The notes beneath the pieces are model-generated. The model saw only the letters and a list, made by a program, of their open reading frames with translations. It had not been told where the DNA came from and did not search any database. DNA of 63,606 bases, the filler included, from Globobulimina sp. (taxonomy: Eukaryota), in the NCBI GenBank assembly GCA_003354225.1. It is 54 parts of 54 records of this genome, joined end to end, with 100 filler letters (N's around TTAATTAATTAA, not from the genome) between each part and the next. Parts side by side here need not be neighbours in the genome. Positions count along the whole stretch, not along the records: positions 36,593 to 37,672 come from PIVH01024087.1; positions 37,773 to 38,852 come from PIVH01024088.1; positions 38,953 to 40,032 come from PIVH01024089.1; positions 40,133 to 41,211 come from PIVH01024090.1; positions 41,312 to 42,390 come from PIVH01024091.1; positions 42,491 to 43,569 come from PIVH01024092.1; positions 43,670 to 44,748 come from PIVH01024093.1; positions 44,849 to 45,927 come from PIVH01024094.1; 46 more parts are not named here. One strand, 5' to 3'. How positions within the stretch are numbered: position 1 is the stretch's first letter; every line of letters begins with the position of its first letter. Below, one piece after another: positions 36,595-50,027 of this stretch. The position numbers were made by a program, and so were the translations under genes.

Positions 36595-37672
36595 ATAGTC
36601 GTGAGTTTGAATCGACAATTATGGAAAATGAGACGTGTCATCAAAATTACATCCCCGTTAATTAAATTTATTAATATGATTATGAACGGCGACATCCCTG
36701 AATTTATTAGTGAGTACTTCTGGGGCGTTCGGGAAATATTATTAAACAAACCCGTTAAAAAGGACTCGCCACCAAACACAAAACCCGACATTAGACCCAT
36801 TGGCATATCAGATATCTTTGCACGAATCGCAGAGTCCGAAGCAGTTAGTATTAATAAAATTGAATTGCATAAAAACATCGACAAATCGCAAATTGGTATT
36901 GGTGTAAGACATGGAGCCGAGGGAATGATTGAAATGCATCGCAGAGTTGGTTGGTTTATGCAGCATTCAGAGGGTTACGAATCAAGTGATTCTGACTCTA
37001 TTTCGGATGACGACGATTTAAAATCTGACCATACCTCGGATTTTTATAGTTTATTACAAACGGACATTGAAAATTGTTTTAATTCCTTAAACAACGAAGC
37101 GACGCTGAAATTGTATGCAAAATATGTCCCAAACCTATATCCATTGATGTTTAGTATGTATCACAAACCGTTTAATCTATTCCTTGCAGATTCTACAATC
37201 TATCAACATTGTAATGGCGGAGTACAAGGCAGAATCACTTCGGGTTACAGCCTCGCTTTGGTTCAGCGTGAAATTGAGGTTGAAGTCAAAAATCGCTGTA
37301 TTTCGATTTTAAAGGATTACAAAATCAATGGTCGATCATATTATATTGATGATAATGGCCAGATTGCCAAGAATTTATTTAATTTAATGTATTTAAGATG
37401 TTATAACAGTGTCGCTGTGATTTATGGGCTCAATTTGAAAGATAACAAAACGAATTTAATCATTGGTCAATCGTTGGAAGAATTATATGATTTATTAATG
37501 AGTGATATTTTATTTGTGAATGCGTTGGAGATTTCGGGCGCAGACACCATTGATTTCAGCAACTTAAAGATTTTGGAAAACAGCTCATTTGAATGCATGG
37601 GCGTAAGGTTTGGGAGCCGCAGCGATATCGACGATTTTATGTTCGAAAAAGTGACAAAGTGGTTAGAAAATA
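36595..37672 (+). mobile_element. Reverse transcriptase of CRE/SLACS-like non-LTR retrotransposon, partial
   Basis: IRPIGISDIFARIA, QIGIGVRHGAE, DIENCFNSL, GGVQG, YIDD, GLNLKDNKT. Confidence 0.85.
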
Positions 37673-37874
37673 NNNNNNNNNNNNNNNNNNNNNNNNNNNN
37701 NNNNNNNNNNNNNNNNTTAATTAATTAANNNNNNNNNNNNNNNNNNNNNNNNNNNNNNNNNNNNNNNNNNNNCAAATTGAATTAGAATTAACCGAATCTA
37801 AATTCTCTCTAAAAATTGATGACTGTTCAGCTGACAAAAACTGTCAGTTAGCAGACACAATTGCGGCAAGTTCA

Positions 37875-38708
37875 ATGTCTCTCTCTGCTTCTCACCAAAT
37901 AACAACAGATTCCATGCAAATTGGAGAGAAAACACCAGATAATATCATGCGCCATGCACCGTCATATTCTCTTCCATCTGCTGCGTTATTCAATAATTTG
38001 GCATTGCCAATGACTGTAAACTTACATGTCCAAATAGAACGACATTCAATGCGTAATATAGAGAATGATGTGGGTCATGATCGAGATGTACATGTTTTGA
38101 ATGCGATTGTTGTTCCCGCAGATATGCTTAAAACAGCTGGAGAGTTTTGGCAAAATTGTGTAGCTCCTTCATCCGCTTCAGAAACATTAGAGATTGGGCT
38201 GGCAATTTACCTTTCAATGTTTGCTAATGATCGTAGCATTAAACGCTTGTTTAAACAGCACACTTTCAGCCGTGGCAAAATAGAAACTCTGTCATTGAAA
38301 TTTCTGACGATGATCAAGTGGTTAATAGAGGCGCTGTGGGAGAGAGATACTAAAAAAATGTCTGTGAAATTAGCAAACTTAGGCAAATTACATCGAAAAT
38401 TAAAACTTACAGCAAATCATTTCAATACAATGTTAAGTGTACTTCATGAGACATTAAAATTTTATTTTCCGGTTCAATATCGATTGCAAGAACAATATTG
38501 TTTTGATTATATTTTTGCGCATTCTGCTGAAATTATGATGGATGCACAGTTGTCACCAAAGACAAAATGTAAAACGTATTTTAAAACATTAGAAATAAAG
38601 TTTTATGCAGAAAAAAAATTAAATGATTCAGTAAAACACAAAGATAATCAGAGACAGCTTGCACTGCGATATAATAATAATAATTCTTTGCCAATAATAA
38701 TAATATAA
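37875..38708 (+). CDS. Globin-domain protein
   Basis: Y..MF......KRLF; LANLGKLHRKLKL...HF..M...L (proximal His F8 pattern); 3' end probably spliced. Confidence 0.75.
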   Translation: MSLSASHQITTDSMQIGEKTPDNIMRHAPSYSLPSAALFNNLALPMTVNLHVQIERHSMRNIENDVGHDRDVHVLNAIVVPADMLKTAGEFWQNCVAPSSASETLEIGLAIYLSMFANDRSIKRLFKQHTFSRGKIETLSLKFLTMIKWLIEALWERDTKKMSVKLANLGKLHRKLKLTANHFNTMLSVLHETLKFYFPVQYRLQEQYCFDYIFAHSAEIMMDAQLSPKTKCKTYFKTLEIKFYAEKKLNDSVKHKDNQRQLALRYNNNNSLPIIII

Positions 38709-40913
38709 ACAGTTTTTGTTGCATACTATTTTTTGTTGTATTCATACTTGGTCGCAACTGAAGTAAAATTGTCAATCCTCAATCATCATTCATGGCAAAC
38801 CTTTTATGCAACTCACAAAATAGTCACAATCCAATCATAAGATATTTGCCATNNNNNNNNNNNNNNNNNNNNNNNNNNNNNNNNNNNNNNNNNNNNTTAA
38901 TTAATTAANNNNNNNNNNNNNNNNNNNNNNNNNNNNNNNNNNNNNNNNNNNNCAATGTTCTGTGCAAAAAATAATGAAAAGCCATTACAAAATCCGTATA
39001 TCAGTATCATAAACTAACAGATTTATACAATATCTGCAATCATACAAAATATTTTATTCAAACAACAAAGAAATTGCAGCTTTTATCGACACTCAACTAC
39101 AAATTAATGACATTATTATCAAACAACGAAATTGTAGTATATATACTGCAGGTTTATTACCATTAAAGTTATAAACAATATATAATTCACATATATATTT
39201 CCGACACAATAATATTGTAATAATATTTTTTCTATTCGGTGTGTTGTGTTTGTTAATAGTTCTTTTTTGTTCATCGAAAATAACACTACGTAGCTCACTT
39301 TGGTCCATAGAAAGTTAGAAACTGTCTGTCTGAAACAGTCAAAAAGACACCAGACACTTTGAATTACCGTGTTAACACATTTTTGGGTACACTGAATATG
39401 CGATGACTGAATATGATATTTTTTTTTTTTGTTTTTTACTTTGTGGACCGTACAGAATTAATTCGGATTTTTTCATAATTTCATAATTAGATATTTTATA
39501 ACATTTTTAGCTACATAATTTACCAAAATTTCTCAAGAACCAACAACCAACAACCAACCATATTTCTTTTTTATGGCTCAAATCTCAGCTAGTGAACTGT
39601 TACAATTTCGCGAAAATGTTAAATGTGGCATTTTTGATTTCGTTGAAAATGTTAAAGTTTGGGTACAAGGAAAAAGTCCAGAAATGGAGTCAACACTAAA
39701 CTTAGCACAAATGACCGTTAAAGAGACTTAGCACAGTATATTATCATTTTCCGGAAGACGAAGTCAGAAAACTCCGAACAGAAAATCCGAAACGAAGAAA
39801 GAGACTCAAAACCAATCGTGATAATACAAATAATCGTGAATCTTTTGGTATATATCATTCTTACAACTTATATGGCAGTGAAAGATTGGCTATGAAGGAA
39901 GCACTACAAAGATCCATGGAAACACATCCCACAGCAATTATTTCCATGGATCAAGTTGAAGATTCCCAAATATTAGGCAATGATGATGCTTTGAATATAT
40001 ATATAAATGACGATGATTGTAAATTATTGTCTNNNNNNNNNNNNNNNNNNNNNNNNNNNNNNNNNNNNNNNNNNNNTTAATTAATTAANNNNNNNNNNNN
40101 NNNNNNNNNNNNNNNNNNNNNNNNNNNNNNNNATTACGCGACAAAAAACAAACCTCATTTTTATTACAATTTTTAAAATCATTATCACCAAAAAACATTG
40201 AATGTATACCAAATTGTTTAGAAATTACATGTGGTCGACAAATAACTGAATTAGAAATTATTTCTATTAATAAAAAATTACAATCCACCATTACTAACAT
40301 GCCACAACTTAAACCATTGCGAAATTGTGAAATAATGTTAAAAGTTAAAACTATTCCTTTCATAAATATGCATTCCAACGTACCATAAATATGCATAGAT
40401 CACATTTGATTTATGTCGATTACTCGAAGGGGTACAATATGTTCGTAAAAAATCTAAAGATGGAAATGTATCACCATCACAAATCGATAATTATTTGCTT
40501 GAAATATCCCAACAAATAAAAAAAATATCACCAACCAACATCAAAAACGATTTATTCATAACCCAACCAACTCCGAAACAAATATTACAAAAAAATAAAA
40601 AACGAATTGCTACAAATGCACCAAAACTAAAAACTATAAAACAAATCCAATATCACGATTTAATGGAGAAAAAGCGATGCAAACAGCAGTTTTATACAAT
40701 CACAGAGCCCACATTAAAATATTTAGCCACACCGAAAAATAAAAAATATCCAATACAATTGTATACCAATGTAAATTATACAAATTTCCATACATATTTT
40801 CGGACTTTTTGCATGCTGCAAATTCTACACAATATCAAATGTATAAAAGTCCGTAAAAATATGCATGAAAACAACATGAACAGATAAGTCATAGTGACAG
40901 CACATCGAATATA

Positions 40914-41211
40914 ATGCGGTATGATTATAACACAAATAACAGTGCGTATGAGCCAATATACCCAAACGATATGATGTACGATGTTACGTTAAAAGATTTC
41001 ATTGATCGCAAATTTCATTTAAGCAATAATATTGTTAAAAAATGGGTGAATGACAGGGCATATTTGATGGAGAAATTAAAGGAAGACGAGGAGGAAAAGA
41101 ATAAAGAGGAGGATGATTCCATCAATGTGACCTATCGCAAATTTGTAATTATTGATGTGCGATGTGACGATTTTGTAGGTGGTAATATTCCCTATTGTTA
41201 TCATATACGTT
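40914..41211 (+). CDS. Rhodanese/Cdc25-like (Acr2/Ych1-type) protein N-terminus
   Basis: IIDVRCDDFVGGNIP. Confidence 0.7.
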
Positions 41212-41875
41212 NNNNNNNNNNNNNNNNNNNNNNNNNNNNNNNNNNNNNNNNNNNNTTAATTAATTAANNNNNNNNNNNNNNNNNNNNNNNNNNNNNNNNN
41301 NNNNNNNNNNNTGAAACCATCTTCGTCCATGTCTTAAGTTCTTATAAAGTTTGAGTAAAAACAAAGAGTTTTTTTAACATTTAAATCATCGTTTTTGTTG
41401 GTATTAATCGTTTTTACTGTCATTACGTATTAACAAAACTATATATAATGATAATTATCTATTATCACAATCGCACAGAGTCTATCGTGAAGCCAGACTT
41501 CCTGAATTTTAAAGAACATGTTGTACTTTTTGCCAAAATCTGTACCAACCAATTCGTGTATATTCTGTATCCCTGCAGCTGGGACCAGGAGAGACCTCTG
41601 GTACCACTCACATGTCCTGAAATAGGGTGGAAGTTTTACCTTTAGCTGCTCATAACCGTCAGGGGAAATTAAATATAATTTTCAGAAATATACAAAACTC
41701 CCGTGAGAAATGTACATGACCAAATAAATTGTAGTATCTTGGAGTTATACTTATAAAAACATTATGTACATATTCAAATTTCGAGCGACAACTCTCAAGT
41801 GAAATATGCTACAGAGAGTCATGTTTTGTATCATACGACACAATATGTATCAATTACGCCCTTTCTGAACTGCAG

Positions 41876-42390
41876 TTACTGACTTACTGTACATATGCAT
41901 GTTTTGCATCTACCGTTAACACTGCACCTCTTCCGTCGACAACAATATCTATTGCATGCTTTGCAAATTATTAAATTACTTCTCCAGACACCTTCACCTT
42001 TCAACTGCATACATTTTCTATGATCATTTGACATCTTTTTTACAATACAAGTTTTACATTCTCCCTTGTAACAACATTCTACTTTTTTACAACAAAACTC
42101 CTTACATTGTTTACAAACTTTATTTGTACACATTTTGCATTCCGAGCATGCCGCATGATCGCCACAAATTGCTTTACAATCAAAATTAATACATCTCGCC
42201 CGATTAGCTCCGTCTCTATATTTGCATAGTGTCACTAAACTGTTCCGCACACATTTTAAGCAAAATATCCTTAATGTCTTGCCATATATTAATGTTATTT
42301 CATTTGAGCTAAATAATTTGATGTGTTTCGGAGAATAATATATCATTTTCTTTTTTGATACATACTCAAATTCGAATTTATTATCCAACA
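41876..42390 (-). CDS. Cys-rich (CxxC repeat) hypothetical protein C-terminus
   Basis: Numerous CxxC pairs. Confidence 0.5.
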
Positions 42391-44274
42391 NNNNNNNNNN
42401 NNNNNNNNNNNNNNNNNNNNNNNNNNNNNNNNNNTTAATTAATTAANNNNNNNNNNNNNNNNNNNNNNNNNNNNNNNNNNNNNNNNNNNNATTTCACCAA
42501 TTTTAAAAATTATTTAAAGCTGCCGCTCCTTGTCGTGAAAGATGCTTAGGTTATATGCTGTAAATTAATGTATTACCGGTAACTCCTAACACATGCTCCA
42601 TGCTCCGACCATAAACCATGCTCCAAGCTGTCAAATAGTACAATTTTTCCTGCTGTCATATCGTCGTTTAATTTGACGCTCGGAAACAAATTAAATGGCG
42701 CTCAGAACAAAATAGAAGTAGAGAACATAATTTTAAGAGGATCGAAAAACAATTTTTATTTACTATCATGAAGTGAAACAACAGGCATAGTAGTACTATC
42801 AACTAATACATATCATGGAATGGAAGCAAAATAACAGACAAAATGCTACATTAAGTAATATACATAATTCAAAAATTCAAATAATATCACTGTTTGCATG
42901 TATGTTAAATGGAATGGATTTATAATAACAGACAAAATACTACTATTATTATCGAACATTTTAAATACATTGAAGTAATACCACTTTAGGTATTATATGA
43001 AATGACTAAAATTTAATATAATATCACCATAACATGGTTTTTGCTTAATCACTAACACCGGATATTATCACCATTTTAACATAAACAAGAGTATTGCACT
43101 TACATTTAAAAACAAGTTTAAAATACTTAAACATCAATATTTAACAATTAATTACATTATATCTACACCAAGTTGTTCCCATAACTGACGCTTGTGTTCG
43201 GCATTCAGTTGCTGACGGACTTCCTGAGCAATTTCCAGCAATTTAACATAAAAGTACGGGTATCTCTTTGTCAAACAACTATACCGTACATGGGTAAGTC
43301 GCACTTGCAAATTTTTTCGCGATGAATAACATTTTTGTCCGGGAAACCAGAATCTTTCTTCATGTGCTATAGCCATATCCTCTGGCGCCACAAAAGTGTC
43401 TTTGGGAAAGTAACCCTGCAACAATAAAAAATAAATACCTTTTAAACATACATAATGGTTTGCGTAACGGCGTACATGGGGGCGCAGTTGGCCTCCCCTC
43501 CAGGCCAATTTTAGTGAAAAATAATCCTTTTTTAGCAAAAAAATCCCATTTTTAACGATTTTTTTCAAANNNNNNNNNNNNNNNNNNNNNNNNNNNNNNN
43601 NNNNNNNNNNNNNTTAATTAATTAANNNNNNNNNNNNNNNNNNNNNNNNNNNNNNNNNNNNNNNNNNNNAAGATGAGGCCTGCTTGAGCATGTAAATTCT
43701 CCCCATACAGTCCTTCCTTGCATGTACAATGGAATCATGGTTGTTTGCCTCCTTGAGTCCCTCGAAGTAGGCCAGCCAATACCTGTTTCGATCGTTTATA
43801 TGTTTTACTACTTTCTACTTTATTGAGCCATACATCAGTTTTAACGGCTCCGATCCCCGTTTCATTTGATGAGCCGCCGCCAAAGGTGGCAGAGCGGTGC
43901 TCTTTTATATTTGTAGTAGTAGGGATATTTCGGTAACTTTACTTATATTTTTAGTCATGTCGACAACATTTTTATAAATTAATGTACAATACATCATCAA
44001 GATGTTACATATACGTAGGTTATTTAAGTTAACCCGCTAAATGTGCACTAAAATGCGGTATTTTTGCAAGGAAATATACTTTAGGAGTAAATTACTGGCA
44101 TGTACGAATTCATATGTGGCGCCATTGAGACATGTTGCCGCAAGACCAGCCTGACTGTCAAGTTGTAACTTTTTCCTGTAGTTGCGCGCTTTTGTTGCGG
44201 TTTCATTTTATTATTTGTTTGTCGTTCGTTTTTAGTCAAAAAAGTTGGTTTAAATTCTAGTCTGCCATTCAATT

Positions 44275-44748
44275 ATGGAACAAGAGAAAGTAACGGGAGA
44301 GGTGGAAGAACCTCCAGTCGAACGACGGAAAATAGAGAAGTCCATCCTTCTTAGATACACGGTAAGAATAATTATTTCGCAATAGCCATGTTGACGCCCT
44401 TCATTTATGAGTATGTTTATTATTTTTTCAACGAATTTGCAATTTCAGCAGCAGTACGACGACGACGTTTCCGATATCGAAGAGGGCGAATTTTCTGACG
44501 GCGAATATTCGGATTTCACGCCCAAGCCCCGTGATAAACTTCCATTGAATACTTCGGAAGTCGGTGGATTGGTAAGTTGACTGTTTTCGGTATATTGTTA
44601 TGTCGGCGAAAATATTAACTTCCTTCAGCCATGTATTGCATCCATTTAACGCCAATTATGTTATCTGTTTAATTTGTTGCGTTTACCGTTCGTTTGCGTC
44701 AACTCGTAACATTTGACAGTTTGGGATAATTATTGTCCTTTTTTTCAG
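44275..44748 (+). CDS. Spliced hypothetical gene: exons 44275-44361 and 44449-44571
   Basis: GTAAG donors and TTTCAG acceptors; spliced frame open (MEQEKVTGEVEEPP...QQYDDDVSDIEEGEFSD); not in ORF track. Confidence 0.6.
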
Positions 44749-44848
44749 NNNNNNNNNNNNNNNNNNNNNNNNNNNNNNNNNNNNNNNNNNNNTTAATTAA
44801 TTAANNNNNNNNNNNNNNNNNNNNNNNNNNNNNNNNNNNNNNNNNNNN

Positions 44849-45637
44849 GTTGACAGACAAAATGCATTGATTCAATTAAGAGCATTTGTTATTCCTTTTG
44901 AACGTTTCGAAGACGGTACAACATTCATGAATCATTCTGAAAATCCTTTCAAAGGCAACCAGAAAATTGCAGCTTACGCACACAATATGATAAAATATGC
45001 AGAAACGTTGTTTGTTGAGATTATGAATTGTTTTTTGAATGAAAATACTGTAAATACTGATATCGTGAATGTCAATGTGAATGATGAGGTATTTAAATTA
45101 ATGGGTAATAATCCATGTAAACATTTGCGATTTAATTACTATGATCCTTTGGTGGTTAAAGAGAATAAAAATTTATTAAATGGAGTTCATAAGCATCGTG
45201 ATTTTGGATTTCTAACATTTTTGAAGGCCTCGGCTCCAGGCTTTCAAGTTGAACATAATGGGAAATGGCATGACATTGCGTATGAAGAAAATAAATTTGT
45301 TGTAAATATGGGCAAAGCATTAGCCATTACAACATCGGATTGGATCAAGGCAGTGCCCCATCGAGTGCCTGTAGTTACGGATGAAGCTCGATTGTCCGTT
45401 GCGTTTTTTTATGATCCTGATGTTACAGCGAATTTAGTTGAATATCAAGCAAATGGAAAATTAAAATTTGTAAAGGATTTTAAACAATATTTTTATGGCG
45501 ATATGTTTTCAAAAGCTCGAAAGATTGATGAAACTGCCAACGCATTGCATGTCGATATGCCTGTAAATAGTATTATTACTGCAATTGATAAAGCTTTGCT
45601 ATTTTTAGCTCAAAGTGAGCGTGAGCTTGATATGTAG
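44849..45637 (+). CDS. 2-oxoglutarate/Fe(II) dioxygenase (IPNS-like), 5'-truncated
   Basis: HRDFGFLTFL (HxD), VNMG, HRV, RLSVAFF (RxS). Confidence 0.93.
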   Translation, partial: VDRQNALIQLRAFVIPFERFEDGTTFMNHSENPFKGNQKIAAYAHNMIKYAETLFVEIMNCFLNENTVNTDIVNVNVNDEVFKLMGNNPCKHLRFNYYDPLVVKENKNLLNGVHKHRDFGFLTFLKASAPGFQVEHNGKWHDIAYEENKFVVNMGKALAITTSDWIKAVPHRVPVVTDEARLSVAFFYDPDVTANLVEYQANGKLKFVKDFKQYFYGDMFSKARKIDETANALHVDMPVNSIITAIDKALLFLAQSERELDM

Positions 45638-47228
45638 AGATGAGCAACTTTTACGTGTATAAAGGGTGTTGCAAAAGTCTGTTGCAAAAGTCTGTGTACC
45701 CCATAATGGCTCCATAACTTGTCATATATGATATTTACAATATTGATTTTTTGTGTGATTGTTTATCTATGATACATGTTTGTTGTGTGTTAATATTAAT
45801 CCATTCTGATTGATATTGTTCAAACTAGGGCACATTCTTTATTTTGATGATTTTTGAAATTACAGAATTTGTACAAACTTTGACTTTGGATTAACATTTG
45901 GTTCTCAGATGGTTGAATTTGTGTACTNNNNNNNNNNNNNNNNNNNNNNNNNNNNNNNNNNNNNNNNNNNNTTAATTAATTAANNNNNNNNNNNNNNNNN
46001 NNNNNNNNNNNNNNNNNNNNNNNNNNNGGACTGGGCCATATTCATTGATAGGGTTTATAGCCATATTTATATTGCTCATACTCGGCATACTGCTGATGTT
46101 GTTCATACCGTTTGGAGTGTTGGCGTTCATATCATTGCCGCCACCATTACTCATTTTGGGTGAATCAAACGAAGCGTCACCGGCCAAGTCGTCTGAGGCG
46201 CCCATACCCATACCGCCGTCATTAACCATCAGGTCATTGGTGAGGGTGTTTGTGTTCGTGTTGTCGTCATCGGCCGCTATGGTGGTCCATGTGGGTGCAT
46301 TTGGTTTTGTATTGTCAAGAACATCAATCTCGTTCGGCGCTGAACCAATATCAAAACCTAGACTTGAGGTTAAAGCACCAAAAGGGTCGGGTTCTGCGGG
46401 TTTTTGTAATTGTTGTTGTGGCTGTGGCTGTTCTGGCTGTTGTAGCTGCGGTATTTGTTGGTGTGCTTTTTGGCTTTGTACCACTGGTTTTTTTATATGA
46501 GACGGATATTGCATTTGTGGAAGAGGAATTGGTGCATTTTGTGCAATATTTGGAAATTTGGGTGCTATTCCTCTTTGAGCCAACGATATTAATTTCATCG
46601 CATTTATAAATTTTGCTACTGTTAAACCTCCCGATTGTTTTTGGGTTGCTTCATCCCAAATGTCTCCAAGCGCTCCTTTATTTAATCCAGAAGATAAAAA
46701 AAATCCAAATACTTGACCTCCTTGAACTGTTCCAAAATTTTGTGAATCAAATGAACGAAATAATTGTTCATAAAATAGTGGCTCAGAATTGTTCGAACTG
46801 TTTGTTTTATCTTTTCGTACGCAAATAAGTAAAAAAACATAAACACAAAAAAATAAATATAAGTTAAACTTCCAAAAGGGTCCATGCTTTGTTTCAACTG
46901 GTTTTTATATTGCAACTCTCCAACATGGCAACACTTGACAGTGAAATGGGTCGCCTAATATTATTTTGTTTTGTTTTAGTGTACATTTTAGGCGGAACCA
47001 TATTTACCTTATGGACACTATATTTATTAAATGGCTTATCCGGTTTGGCTGTAATTCAGAAACGCTATTCGTTGATCACCACACTTGTCGTAATACTATC
47101 ATTGATNNNNNNNNNNNNNNNNNNNNNNNNNNNNNNNNNNNNNNNNNNNNTTAATTAATTAANNNNNNNNNNNNNNNNNNNNNNNNNNNNNNNNNNNNNN
47201 NNNNNNAAAATCAATAAATTCTATACAA

Positions 47229-47660
47229 ATGGATGTTTCTGTATTTATTTATATTGAAGCAATTTCAGATCGGACACAACAACAAAAGGCGTTTAATAAT
47301 TTAATATTTGACACAGTGAACGAAGTATTACGAGAATTAAAATGGAAATCAACAAATAAAAAGCCGCCAACACAAAAACAGATAATTAAAATGGTGCAAG
47401 AAAAAATAAATAAAATTACTATTTGTAACACTGAAGAAAAATTAAAAGAACATTTTATTGGTGAACAAACTATTGACAATCGGGTAAGAGCAATATCACA
47501 TGAATGGATACAAGAATTTGAACAGTCATATGAATGGGTGGCAGGCTTTGATACGTTAAAAAGTTCAATGAAATTTCAAATTGCGGATATGATATTTGAG
47601 CAATGTATAAATGACATCGTCAATGACCTAAACAAAATTGAAAGCAATAGACCTAATTAA
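47229..47660 (+). CDS. DUF4378-like C-terminal domain (CEP350-type)
   Basis: NLIFDTVNEVL ... W ... IADMIFEQCINDIVNDL. Confidence 0.7.
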   Translation: MDVSVFIYIEAISDRTQQQKAFNNLIFDTVNEVLRELKWKSTNKKPPTQKQIIKMVQEKINKITICNTEEKLKEHFIGEQTIDNRVRAISHEWIQEFEQSYEWVAGFDTLKSSMKFQIADMIFEQCINDIVNDLNKIESNRPN

Positions 47661-48385
47661 CTTGTTGTCACAGTGTTTTATCATATTTAAGAACGTTGAG
47701 ACTTGAGCTGTCACAACCTGATGACCAGCAAGTTTATATACAAAACCCCCAATTCAAATGAAATGAAAATACAAACACAAAAACGCTTATAAAGTTACAT
47801 TATGGAGTTATTACATTAGTTAATTATTATGGATGGACCAAACTTGAAAACTGTGTTTTCGGAAACACGTTATCCAAGCTACGAAATAATTGAATATATA
47901 TATACTAATCATTGTGACATAGAGGAAGAGAATAAGGTAAATAAAGTTCAAACAAATAAAATAAAATCAAAAAAATGGCATACAAATTACATGTAAATTC
48001 TAGCTAGTCTTTATTTTAAATAACAATATTTCCATTAACTCAATCAATCAATGCGGTATCAGACAATTTCCAACATAATTTTTGTAATCCATCAACCATT
48101 TGTGCAGATTTTTGAATATTTGCATCTTTATCCACGATCTTCTCCACTCGCGGCCATTCTGATCGGCTATTCTTTGAATTCATATCTCCCATAATCTGTG
48201 CTTTAATTTGTGCGATGGGAATCCATCTTTGATTGGAATTATTTTGATAATTTTTTAGTATACAAATTACGTCTTCCTTACTATCNNNNNNNNNNNNNNN
48301 NNNNNNNNNNNNNNNNNNNNNNNNNNNNNTTAATTAATTAANNNNNNNNNNNNNNNNNNNNNNNNNNNNNNNNNNNNNNNNNNNN

Positions 48386-48714
48386 ATAATTAATTGTTGT
48401 GTATATATCGTCAAAATAATAAAACAGAGACCAAAGAACATGTCAACCTTAACTTCATAAAATCTGCTGTTAATAAAAGTGATTGAAATTGCTTGAAGAG
48501 CTGTTTATATTATTTAAAACAGCGAAATATATTCTTTAATTCGCATAACAAACACAATAGAAACTTGGGATCAACTTTTCAAAAAAGTGAAAAGTTGATT
48601 ATTTCTAACTTTGTCAAATCGAAGAATTGAAGTCTTTCCTTTTAGAACCTATCTGATTGATACAATACAACACACAATACACAAACAAAAAAGCAAGCAA
48701 AATGACGACAGAGT
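48386..48714. repeat. Diverged copy of the inverted-repeat arm at 59732-60055
   Basis: Colinear similarity including a 52-bp identical core (48619-48670 = 59960-60011). Confidence 0.9.
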
Positions 48715-50027
48715 TTATTATTATTGTCTTTATTTTTGTCATAATATAATATTTGCCAGGGCCTGAAAAATTTTTCGGATTTTTTTAAATTTAAAATTGT
48801 CACAGTGAAAAAATATTTATTTAAATGGCAACGGTAGCGTCAATTTCAGGCTACATCCTTGCGACCCACAAATCCAACACATTGAACGCACTCAAAATGA
48901 CCCACAAATCCAACACATTATAACAAACAAACAAAGTGTATATTATCAAAAAATAGACACTTTAAGATGTAATTTGCCTTAATAATGTCGTCAGACAGTC
49001 AGACAGTCAGACACACCCATCACGACCACACCGGATCATCTCGGTGAATACATTTTAATTTAATACTCAACAAAATTAAGGAAACCAGTAAAAAATTAAC
49101 AAACAAAATTAAATGATCATTATCAAAAAGAAAAACGAAAAAAGCACGAAACTACAATTAAGATTACAATCTGTCAAAACATAAGGTATCTTCTTTAAAA
49201 TTTTCTGAATTTGTTGTGATATTTAATGATATTTTAAATTGTGTTTGATTTAATTGATTTAACTCTTTATTCATTAAAATATATTCATTATAAATCCAAC
49301 TACGATCTCCATGTCCATACCCTTTATGTGTTGCTTTTATTTGTATACTTTTCAATGATTTATGTTTAAACAAAATATCTCCCCAAAATAAACTAAAAAA
49401 TGATGATAATAAAAATGGAAATGTTGTAATACCACCATCACTAGTCGTGTAAAATAAGATTTTTNNNNNNNNNNNNNNNNNNNNNNNNNNNNNNNNNNNN
49501 NNNNNNNNTTAATTAATTAANNNNNNNNNNNNNNNNNNNNNNNNNNNNNNNNNNNNNNNNNNNNCAACCAATTTATTTTGATCTGTGATTTTGTTAGCGA
49601 TGGATTCAAACAATTCAATTTCAGTAACACCTTTGCCAAATTTGATGCGAATCTATAAAGCCATGATTAAAGAAATGACCAAAGAATAAAAAATAAAAAA
49701 GTAAAGCCGTACATTAGGTGAATAATTTTTTTGAATTTCAGACCGTGAATAGTCAGCGACAAATGGAGGTCTGCCACCTCGGCCCGGAAAACAACCGTGA
49801 GACATGATTAATTTTGAATAACAAACATTAGGTATTCGCACAGACAACAACATATAATCACCATTGAGAAAAGAACCAAAGCGAAGCACACCAGTGCATG
49901 ATAAGGCCACACAACCTGATGATTAATACAGTCAACATAGTGACAACGCATCAGTGTCAAACTTCAACTGTCACCCAAGCCATCTTATCAGTTTACATCT
50001 TTGTTTGCATGTGGCATATTCTTTCAT

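Noticed and set aside
42815-42950. Degenerate ~95-bp period repeat (ATGGAATGGA..AATAACAGACAAAAT) as CRISPR
   Set aside because: Two imperfect copies and no cas genes
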